Part shown: positions 56,606 through 64,000 of the stretch, piece after piece
Position numbering within the stretch: position 1 is the stretch's first letter
How the letters are laid out: each line of letters opens with the position of its first letter
Translations under genes and position numbers: made by a program
Notes under the pieces: model-generated
Database searches by the model: none
What the model was told of the DNA's origin: nothing
The model's input: the letters and a program-made list of their open reading frames with translations, nothing else
Source of the DNA: Candidatus Omnitrophota bacterium
GTDB lineage: Bacteria > Omnitrophota > Gorgyraeia > Zapsychrales > JANLHA01
Reading direction: 5' to 3'
DNA: 64,000 nucleotides
Assembly: GCA_029560465.1 (NCBI GenBank)
Contig: JAKQKX010000082.1
Span: 4,947 to 68,946 of the forward strand

Positions 56606-58261
56606 CTAGCTGGTCCTGGGTTTTCGTGGGGTCGCTGCGCACGTCCGCCGGCCCAAATGCCGTTCCCATTGACGGCCAACAACCGCCGCCGTCAGCGGGA
56701 TGAGCGGCAGGACATACCTGGGCAAGTTGTACGTGCTGATAAAAACAAGGGCAAAATAAACCAAGCTTATAAATGAGTAAAATTTTTCTGTCCGGTCGTT
56801 CCCAAAAACAAAAAAAGCCGGGAACAGAAGTGCGGTCCCTGCCAAAGTCCACCTGAGGAATTGCACGCTTTGATGGAAGGCCGGCGAAGGGCTGTACACG
56901 ACTTCCATCGGGTATATCCGTGATAATAACGAAAAATGATCAAACCGGTTAAAATGTTCGATTAATAGGCATTTGACATACACGCCGGAATCGCCGGTCA
57001 TCACGCCGGCCAGGAAAATGAAAGACAATAAGCTTAAGACGATGCCTCCATATTGGAAGAAAAGCCTTTGGGCCTCCCTTCTCCTTTCTTTTAAGAAAAT
57101 GAACAAGGCGCAGATACTCAATAGGATAAAGAGAATCCCATAGAACCTTGTCATGGTCGTGCTCGCAGCGAACAGCAGAAAAACAGCGTTATTTTTTCTT
57201 AAAAGGAAGATATAGGCCAAGAGGATTTGCCATATAAAAAAATGTTCTATAGAAATAAAAATAGCGGGTTCTTTTAAGACAACGAACAAATACGCGAGCA
57301 TGAGCCCCGCACAGGTTAAAAAGCGTATTTTGGATTGGGGCGGATGCCCTTGAGCCATCACGGCGCTGAACATCATGACAATGAAACTAAGGGACAGCAG
57401 TGACAATGCGGCAAGGTTTTCTCCAAAAAGCAGCGTGGCAAATACGGAAACGTAAGGATACAGCGGGGGGTCCGTAAAAACATACCCGAATTTGTTGGAG
57501 TATTCCAGGTCCCAATAGGGCAGGAGATGGGTCCTGAGGCTGTTGGCCAGGCCGAAAACTTCAAGGGCATCTGACTGCTGGCCAAGCGGGATCGCCAGGA
57601 TCATGTCTTTGTCGTATTGATATGCGACGGGCGCCCCATTGAGGATGACTGGGCGGAAGGTTAGCCCAAACAGGACAGCCACCAGGATCAAACCGCAATA
57701 CGGGGTGGCGTGTTTCAAGGAGAGGATCAATTTTTTGTTAGGATATTGTTTTTGACCGTGCCTTTTACGGGATAACGAGACCAGTTCAAACACGGTAGAA
57801 AGCATCAGGAGGCCCAAAAAGTTGATCCTGTCCAGGCCGGTGGCGGGCCGTATGATTTTATAAATCGTGGTCACGAGAATACAAATGAGAATGCTCGAGA
57901 GGAAGGAAACCCCCAGGAAGACAGGCAAGTCGTTTTGCAACCTTCTGAAATGCAGGGAGAAAATCCATCCCGGAATCACATAAAGCATCAGAAACCCGGC
58001 TCCGAATACCAGGAAACTGATTGTGGTCGCGGCCGCGTTACCCTTATGGGGGCTGAAAATATGGACCTCCTGAAATCCGCAATGATAAAACAGACTCAGC
58101 AGGTATGTCCCCAGGAGATATATTCCGATGGCCAAACCCGCAGCGCCTGTGACGCATCTGATATTTTGGATTTCAATCCGCAGATTGCGAATTTTTATCG
58201 GTATTGTTGATTTCATGGCATTAAAACACGGTTTTGTTTCATTATTAAATTTTTTGATCAC
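56606..58261 (-). CDS. Polytopic membrane protein, possibly GT-C-fold glycosyltransferase
   Basis: 551 aa with at least 12 TM helices. It is adjacent to a GT39-like gene. Confidence 0.4.
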   Translation of the reverse strand: MIKKFNNETKPCFNAMKSTIPIKIRNLRIEIQNIRCVTGAAGLAIGIYLLGTYLLSLFYHCGFQEVHIFSPHKGNAAATTISFLVFGAGFLMLYVIPGWIFSLHFRRLQNDLPVFLGVSFLSSILICILVTTIYKIIRPATGLDRINFLGLLMLSTVFELVSLSRKRHGQKQYPNKKLILSLKHATPYCGLILVAVLFGLTFRPVILNGAPVAYQYDKDMILAIPLGQQSDALEVFGLANSLRTHLLPYWDLEYSNKFGYVFTDPPLYPYVSVFATLLFGENLAALSLLSLSFIVMMFSAVMAQGHPPQSKIRFLTCAGLMLAYLFVVLKEPAIFISIEHFFIWQILLAYIFLLRKNNAVFLLFAASTTMTRFYGILFILLSICALFIFLKERRREAQRLFFQYGGIVLSLLSFIFLAGVMTGDSGVYVKCLLIEHFNRFDHFSLLSRIYPMEVVYSPSPAFHQSVQFLRWTLAGTALLFPAFFVFGNDRTEKFYSFISLVYFALVFISTYNLPRYVLPLIPLTAAVVGRQWERHLGRRTCAATPRKPRTS

Positions 58262-59591
58262 GACAGTGGCTTTCTTCCGGGAAGTGTTCCAGAAGATATC
58301 TCCGGACCTTTTGCGCCATCAGGATATCCCCATCTTGCCGGTATTGCTGCTCCGTCAGGCACAGCGCGCGCACTTTCAACCCCGGGTTCGGGACCCAGCC
58401 GTTCGCCGGAAACGATATAAAAGAAAAAGCGTTCAGGATAAAATAAAAAATCAGGAACGGCACCCCATAACGGGCCCGGGGAAAACGTTCCAAGAATTCT
58501 GCAAGCATCGCAGATCCCAGGATAAGCCCCGGCAGGACTAAAACAATGGCCCACCAGAAATTATCCAGGTGGAAATGATACCCCCCCCCTGTCCTGGGCC
58601 GCACAAGCGAAAAAAACAGGAAATTAGAATAAAAGATCCAGATTAATAAATTTAATAAATTATTTTTAGTATTACGGAACAAGAAATAGACGGCTCCCCC
58701 AAGGCAGATCAGGCCCAGGACCCAGTTGAAAAAAGGATATTCAATCGAGCAAATTTTGAATATGTAGTCACTGGCGAACTCAGGCAAATTAAAGACAAAT
58801 ATTTCTCCGAGGAAAAGGGCCGCGGGAACCAGGCTGATGGAAAAGAATTCGGCCCGGCTGCTCTTGACCGAATAGTCCACCCAAGCGTGTTGGACATTCC
58901 AGAGCACATATGGGGACACGCATAAGAAGATAAGAATATGCAAGATAAGAAAATCGTTCATGGAGAACCGTTTGGGGTTTGCGGGATCGATAAAAAGGTA
59001 ATACAGGATAATGGGCCAGAGCGTTATGATGTTTAATTTCACCAGGAGCCCCAGCCCCATGGAAAACCCGGCTCCCCAAAGGTAAAACTTCCCCCGGCTG
59101 ATACGCGCTTGCCCGGCGAAAAATAAGATGCAGACAATGAAAAATAACAATATCCCGTCCGGTTTTAGCAAACGGGAAAATCCTATGAAAAATTGGCTGA
59201 ACGCCGCGAAAAAAAGCGCCCACTGGGCTGTTGGGGTGTTCACGTGTTTTTTAACAAGCAGGTACAGGACCCCTAATGTTAAAGTCCCGAACAAGACCCC
59301 AGGGAAACGCATCGCGAGGGTATTCTCCCCTCCCGCCGATAAACTCCATTGGAGTAAGTACTGGACCAATGGGGGATTGTGAGTCAGCTCACTGCCGGCC
59401 GGCATTGATGTTGCCCCGCTGAAGGATGGCACACTTCTTAATATCTCTTCTTCATCCAGGACGCGCGGAACCGTTGTGGATCCATAAAGCCGCAGTAAAA
59501 ATCCTGAAGTGAGGCAGAGGATCAGAATCGTCCGTTCAGAGTTGTTTTTTATCCGTTTCATGGATGATAAAAATTTTTTTGTAAAATCCAT
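58245..59591 (-). CDS. GT39/ArnT-like (PMT family) membrane glycosyltransferase
   Basis: The N-terminal section looks like the PMT_2 family (RLYGSTTVP...RFPGVLFGTLTL). Confidence 0.55.
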   Translation of the reverse strand: MDFTKKFLSSMKRIKNNSERTILILCLTSGFLLRLYGSTTVPRVLDEEEILRSVPSFSGATSMPAGSELTHNPPLVQYLLQWSLSAGGENTLAMRFPGVLFGTLTLGVLYLLVKKHVNTPTAQWALFFAAFSQFFIGFSRLLKPDGILLFFIVCILFFAGQARISRGKFYLWGAGFSMGLGLLVKLNIITLWPIILYYLFIDPANPKRFSMNDFLILHILIFLCVSPYVLWNVQHAWVDYSVKSSRAEFFSISLVPAALFLGEIFVFNLPEFASDYIFKICSIEYPFFNWVLGLICLGGAVYFLFRNTKNNLLNLLIWIFYSNFLFFSLVRPRTGGGYHFHLDNFWWAIVLVLPGLILGSAMLAEFLERFPRARYGVPFLIFYFILNAFSFISFPANGWVPNPGLKVRALCLTEQQYRQDGDILMAQKVRRYLLEHFPEESHCRDQKI

Positions 59592-59616
59592 GTCTGGCTT
59601 CTGCCCCGTTATGGTT

Positions 59617-60621
59617 TTAACGCCCGCCGGCCCGTTTTAGCATATTCATGGCCCCAGAAAAATTAAAGGATGCCGCTAAGTTCATCTCCACGGTAGAGGC
59701 GCACCAGCAGTCACAGCACGGGCTCACCCTCATCTGGGTGACGGCTTTCTTGACTCCGACCTGGCGGATATCCGCGTTTTGGGACTGTTTCGATTTCGAA
59801 AGGAACTGGCGGCTGCAATTTGTCATTAACCCGTCCGGTTCGATGCGGAAATGCACTTTCCCGGCCGAACACGCAATGGCGGTCGGCTTGGGCCAGCGCG
59901 CGAGGTGGTCTAACCCGGCGAGTGAATTTAAAATATGCGGGTTGCCCTTTCTTTTCGCGGTTATGATTTTATGGATGGCCGCCTGATAATCTTCCGGTAT
60001 CGGGGCGAGCGGGTTTTCTTTCTTGCTTTCCAGGAGACAGAGAGAAACAGGTTGAAACGCGACTTTGACGTTATACTGCCGGGCGGTCTTAAGGATATCG
60101 TCAACGTGCCCGGTATTCATTCTTGTCAATACGGTATTGAACGCCGGCACACAACCCTCCCGTATCAGGGATTCTACGGCCTTCAGGACAAGGTCGTGCG
60201 TGCCGCGGCCGCGGATGGCGTCATGAATCGCTTGCGGGCCGTCAAAACTTAAAGTGATGCGGTCCGCTTTTTTGAGCACTGGTATCCGCGTTTGCGCGAT
60301 AAGCCCATTGGTGTTAATCGATACATAGATTTTTCTCCGTGCGGCATGGTCCAGGATCTCTCCCAAATCAGGGCGTAATAATGGCTCGCCGCCTGTTAAA
60401 GATATTACCGCCGTGCCCATGGTCGCCAGGTCATCCATGATGGCCATGATTTCCTGAAGGCGGAGTTCCTGCTCATGCGGGTATGACCAGTTTTCGCAAT
60501 ACTGACACCGGGCGTTGCATTGATATGTGATAGCCCAGCTGACGACGATCGGGATATTCTGCCTATAAATTTGGGCGCGCAGGAAATTTTTCGCTATGGA
60601 AATGATTGTGCTTTTATTCAT
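59617..60621 (-). CDS. Radical SAM protein with C-terminal SPASM/twitch-like Cys cluster
   Basis: CNARCQYC is followed by C-terminal cysteines (CSAG..C...CCDCWC). Confidence 0.65.
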   Translation of the reverse strand: MNKSTIISIAKNFLRAQIYRQNIPIVVSWAITYQCNARCQYCENWSYPHEQELRLQEIMAIMDDLATMGTAVISLTGGEPLLRPDLGEILDHAARRKIYVSINTNGLIAQTRIPVLKKADRITLSFDGPQAIHDAIRGRGTHDLVLKAVESLIREGCVPAFNTVLTRMNTGHVDDILKTARQYNVKVAFQPVSLCLLESKKENPLAPIPEDYQAAIHKIITAKRKGNPHILNSLAGLDHLARWPKPTAIACSAGKVHFRIEPDGLMTNCSRQFLSKSKQSQNADIRQVGVKKAVTQMRVSPCCDCWCASTVEMNLAASFNFSGAMNMLKRAGGR

Positions 60622-62128
60622 AACGGGGCGCCCCGGGTCGCAGCAGCTCTTTTCTTATTTTTATAAGTTCACGGTATATCCCAGGATTCAAAACATAAAA
60701 AACAAAATAACGGCGGGCATGATCCCAGAGGAAAGACGGCCGCAATAGGAATTTTTTATAAAACAAAAATTGGGCGGATTTAAACTCCTGGTCTTCCATA
60801 TGACTGGGGTTAATCCTGGGGACGCTGTAATGATATAATTCCGAAGAATGATTGTCTGGGAATTTTTCCCGGAACGTCGTGTAATACCGGGACCCTGGAA
60901 ACGGCGTGAAATACGCCACCTGAATAATGTCAGGATTGAGCCCCCGCACAAAATGAATGTCATTTTTCAAATCTTCATACGTCTCTCCGGGACAGCCGAC
61001 CATGAAGAGGCACACAGCGCCGATGCCCTGCGCCTGGGTTAGAGCCACCGCCTTTCGGGTTTTCTCCGGCCATGAATCAGGGGCTGAAGTTTTCCCGATG
61101 GCGTTCAGGATGTCCCTACTTACGGTTTCCACGCCATAACGCAATAACAGGCAACCGCTTTCCCGCATCAGGCGTAACAGCGGCTCGTCAACCTCATCAA
61201 CCCGCGCGTGCGCGATCCAGTGGATTTTTAACGCGCGGCGCAGAATCTCTTCACAGATGGACTGGACATGAGCCCGGGAATTGGTGAAATTGTCATCGTC
61301 AAAGCTGATCACGTTCGCGCCCATGTTTAAAAGGTGTTCGATCTCATCCGCCACGTTCGTGGCCGAGCGCAGGCGGATCTCGGCCCCATAGCTTTCCCGC
61401 ATGATTTGAGAACAAAAAATGCACCGGTGTGGGCATCCGCGGCTGCTTAAGAGGTGTCCCCAGACGATGTGTTGGGCCAGTTTTAGCGGATAGACAAAAT
61501 GGTAGCCCTGGAGTTCTTCCGGATTATACGGGGGGAACGGCAGGGCGTCCAGGTCGCGGACAATCCAGGGGTGACTCACGTTTGCGGGGTTTTCATAGAA
61601 GTGTTTCAGGTCTCCGGAGGAATGCCCCGCGGCAAATTTTTGGATAATATCCACGACCGCCTGCTCCGCTTCGCCGGCCAGGACAATATGGAATTGGGGG
61701 TATTTCGCCCTGAAGGCCTCTGCGTCGGCGCTTGGGGCCTGGCCGATGGCAATAAATATAATGGCCCCATCCCGTGCAGCGCAAAGGTCCCGGGAGAATG
61801 TCCCGGTCACGGTTTCATTGAGGGACGACACGTCAAAAATAACGGCGCGTGGGTTGCTCCGACTCCAGAGCTCCTGGATCCCGGCCAGGGTTATGTCGGA
61901 AATATGCTGGTCGACCAGGGTTACTGAAAACCGAGCCTCCTTTTTGAGGCTGGCTTCCACATATTTCAGGATGTACGGGGGCCGGTGCCCGATAGGATGA
62001 TTCGAATGCCTGTAAACGTCGGGAACGAGCCGCAACAACATAATCCCGCATGGAGGATCATATCTGGATGATGGCGTGGTTAAGTTCATGTTTTTGGGAT
62101 TAAGCAAAACGTTGGCATTCTTTTTCAA
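60614..62128 (-). CDS. Cobalamin-binding (class B) radical SAM protein
   Basis: The N-terminal domain is B12-binding-like, followed by SSRGCPHRCIFCSQ. Confidence 0.7.
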   Translation of the reverse strand: MKKNANVLLNPKNMNLTTPSSRYDPPCGIMLLRLVPDVYRHSNHPIGHRPPYILKYVEASLKKEARFSVTLVDQHISDITLAGIQELWSRSNPRAVIFDVSSLNETVTGTFSRDLCAARDGAIIFIAIGQAPSADAEAFRAKYPQFHIVLAGEAEQAVVDIIQKFAAGHSSGDLKHFYENPANVSHPWIVRDLDALPFPPYNPEELQGYHFVYPLKLAQHIVWGHLLSSRGCPHRCIFCSQIMRESYGAEIRLRSATNVADEIEHLLNMGANVISFDDDNFTNSRAHVQSICEEILRRALKIHWIAHARVDEVDEPLLRLMRESGCLLLRYGVETVSRDILNAIGKTSAPDSWPEKTRKAVALTQAQGIGAVCLFMVGCPGETYEDLKNDIHFVRGLNPDIIQVAYFTPFPGSRYYTTFREKFPDNHSSELYHYSVPRINPSHMEDQEFKSAQFLFYKKFLLRPSFLWDHARRYFVFYVLNPGIYRELIKIRKELLRPGAPRYE

Positions 62129-63344
62129 AAATTTCCGCTATAAAATTTATTTCTGTTTCATTTAAATGATGATAAACCGGGAGAATCAGGATCATGTCCG
62201 CAATCCGTTCGGCTTGGGGACAGTGTTTCAGGGCATCCCTGAAAATCTTTAAACGGTTGCAGTTGTAAGTATCAAGGGTTTTCGTGCTGATCCCGTGCTG
62301 AAGTAATTTTTTTATTAAAACAGGCCGCCGGGGAACCAAGATCGGGTAATTCCAGTAGGTGTGTTCCCCTTCCGGCGCGGTCTGGGGGATCTGGACTCCC
62401 GGGATTTGGTGAAACCGGGCGTTGAAAATCCTGGCGTTCCAGAGTCTCCTCTGCTGGATCTGCTCGCTGACCGTAAATTTATGGATTCCCACCGCAGCCT
62501 GAAAATTTGTGTATTTATGGCGCGGGACAGCTTTCAGGGGGCGATCTTTTTCTTCGATGAAATAATCCATCAGGTCAAGGCCGGCCCAAAAACAGAGGAA
62601 CTGAACCGGGAAGACCAAGAGCCCATAAAAAAGGCCTGAGCTCATCACCAGCATGGCCGTGTTTTTAAGAAGATCGGCCATGGCGCTCGTCCAAGAGGGG
62701 CACCGCATTTCCTGTTCATAAATACGCGTCAGCCTGGCATAGAGTTCTTCGTCGTTCGTCAGGATCATCCCTCCGCCGAAGGTGGGGATGTCTTTTGTAG
62801 CCCCGAGGCTGAAACAGGACACGTCTCCCCATGTGCCGACGTACCGGGATTGATAGCGTGTCTCCCAGGCGTTGGCGCAATCTTCAATGACAAACAGGTT
62901 ATGCTTCCGGGCCAGGGCCAGGATCGCGTCCATGGGACAGGCGTTTCCAAACAGGTGAACGGCGACAATGGCTTTGGTTTTGGGGGTAATGTTGGGTTCG
63001 ATCAGGCGTTCATCCATGTGCAGGGTCTGGCTGTTAATATCAATAAAGACCGGCTTGATGCCCTTGCATTGTAATATTTTTGGAAAAGCCGGCATGTTAA
63101 AAGCCGGGAGAATCACTTCGTCCCCGCTTTTAATATCCAAAGCGTCCAGGATGAGCGCGAAAGCGGAGCGGCATGACCCGGTGGCCAAAGCGTGCTTTAT
63201 GCCATAGACTCCGGCAAAACGGGCTTCAAATTCTTTTATGTACGCTCCCGTCAGAAAACGTTTTGTCCCGGCTAAACAAATAGTACGCCAGAGGTCGTGA
63301 AGCGTGTTGCTGGATTTTTGGCGGGGGATCGGTTTAAATATCAT
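62100..63344 (-). CDS. DegT/DnrJ/EryC1/StrS-family PLP-dependent sugar aminotransferase
   Basis: SLGATKDIPTFGGGMILTN is the PLP-lysine region, and the overall DegT pattern is present. Confidence 0.7.
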   Translation of the reverse strand: MIFKPIPRQKSSNTLHDLWRTICLAGTKRFLTGAYIKEFEARFAGVYGIKHALATGSCRSAFALILDALDIKSGDEVILPAFNMPAFPKILQCKGIKPVFIDINSQTLHMDERLIEPNITPKTKAIVAVHLFGNACPMDAILALARKHNLFVIEDCANAWETRYQSRYVGTWGDVSCFSLGATKDIPTFGGGMILTNDEELYARLTRIYEQEMRCPSWTSAMADLLKNTAMLVMSSGLFYGLLVFPVQFLCFWAGLDLMDYFIEEKDRPLKAVPRHKYTNFQAAVGIHKFTVSEQIQQRRLWNARIFNARFHQIPGVQIPQTAPEGEHTYWNYPILVPRRPVLIKKLLQHGISTKTLDTYNCNRLKIFRDALKHCPQAERIADMILILPVYHHLNETEINFIAEIFEKECQRFA

Positions 63345-63364
63345 GTTTTATGGGCGGTAAGTTA

Positions 63365-64000
63365 TTATTTTTTATTAAGCGTATAATTCCCGCATTCCCG
63401 GCATTTCCGGACTTGTGTATCAGGGTTCTCATTAAAGGCTTCGAAGCCGTTTTCCGGCAGGGAGTAATCCTCCTGTTTCCATAACATATCAACGAGCGCA
63501 AGGACCTTACGTTTTAATTCCAGGAATGAACCGATTTTTAGTAAATGGTTCCATAAGAAACGGGGCCTCGCGTAATAAGAAATATAAGCCCAACGGGTCA
63601 GTTGATCGACCTCCTGGTTTGTCAGTTCGGTCCAAGGGCGGGGCAATTCCCTGTCTGTTTCTTTCCCAAGGATCCATTCCCGCCAATAGTCTTTTTGTTC
63701 TTTAGCCACCAGATCTTTCCAAAGCGGGGTCAAGGGCTTGGCCAGGCATTTGGAAAACTGCACGTAATCCAGGTCGAGTTTTTTAGCGAACGCGACCGTT
63801 TCCCTGACCGTTTCCCGGGTGTCTCCCGGCGCGCCAATCAAAAAGAAACCCAAAGTCCGGATTCCCAGAGAGGAACAGGCGGCAATAGTGTCCCGGACAT
63901 TTTGCAGGGAGACCTCTTTATGAACCCTGTCTAAGATATCCTGGCACCCGGACTCCAAGCCGAAATAAATCCTCCGGCAACCCGCCTGCTTCATGGCAGA
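63365..64000 (-). CDS. Cobalamin-binding radical SAM protein, C-terminal part only (the start lies beyond the window end)
   Basis: The ORF is open to the window edge. The C-terminal region is like those of the other class B rSAM paralogs (…YFGLESG…). Confidence 0.55.
   Translation of the reverse strand, partial: SAMKQAGCRRIYFGLESGCQDILDRVHKEVSLQNVRDTIAACSSLGIRTLGFFLIGAPGDTRETVRETVAFAKKLDLDYVQFSKCLAKPLTPLWKDLVAKEQKDYWREWILGKETDRELPRPWTELTNQEVDQLTRWAYISYYARPRFLWNHLLKIGSFLELKRKVLALVDMLWKQEDYSLPENGFEAFNENPDTQVRKCRECGNYTLNKK

Overview
The window is 64 kb of bacterial chromosome, almost entirely coding. Most genes are on the minus strand in tight operons. I found no rRNA, tRNA or CRISPR arrays. 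All functional calls come from reading motifs in the supplied translations or my own translations. No database searches were run.

Three regions stand out:

- **1–11.5 kb, a defence/accessory island.** This part is visibly more AT-rich than the rest of the window. It holds a partial Type I R-M methylase (HsdM) and a RadC/JAB protein. Next is a four-gene wHTH / nucleotidyltransferase / metallophosphoesterase / HEPN-like operon. Its promoter carries a clear four-copy 11-bp operator array. Further along are a TIR-domain protein, a canonical AbiEi/AbiEii pair, an IS3 transposase remnant and an orphan AbiEi-type antitoxin. An OXA-like class D beta-lactamase closes the region. Two copies of a roughly 105-bp conserved element, each with a terminator-like hairpin, bracket the AT-rich core.
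- **12–52 kb, envelope, redox and transport genes.** A putative lipid/glycan-modification cluster is followed by a PerR-Prx-ferritin regulon and a Fur-linked Fe-S/NifX-like cluster. This stretch also holds FetAB, an RND pump with TolC but no adaptor gene, and several ABC transporters.
- **53–64 kb, one long minus-strand operon (incomplete at the window edge).** It encodes three cobalamin-binding radical SAM enzymes, a SPASM radical SAM, an AsnB-like amidotransferase, a DegT aminotransferase and two GT-C/GT39-like membrane glycosyltransferases. A fourth cobalamin radical SAM lies elsewhere at 22.3 kb. I read this operon as a candidate novel aminosugar/glycoconjugate tailoring pathway.

Several genes appear degraded: TspO (multiple frameshifts), a NUDIX hydrolase (one frameshift) and the IS3 remnant.
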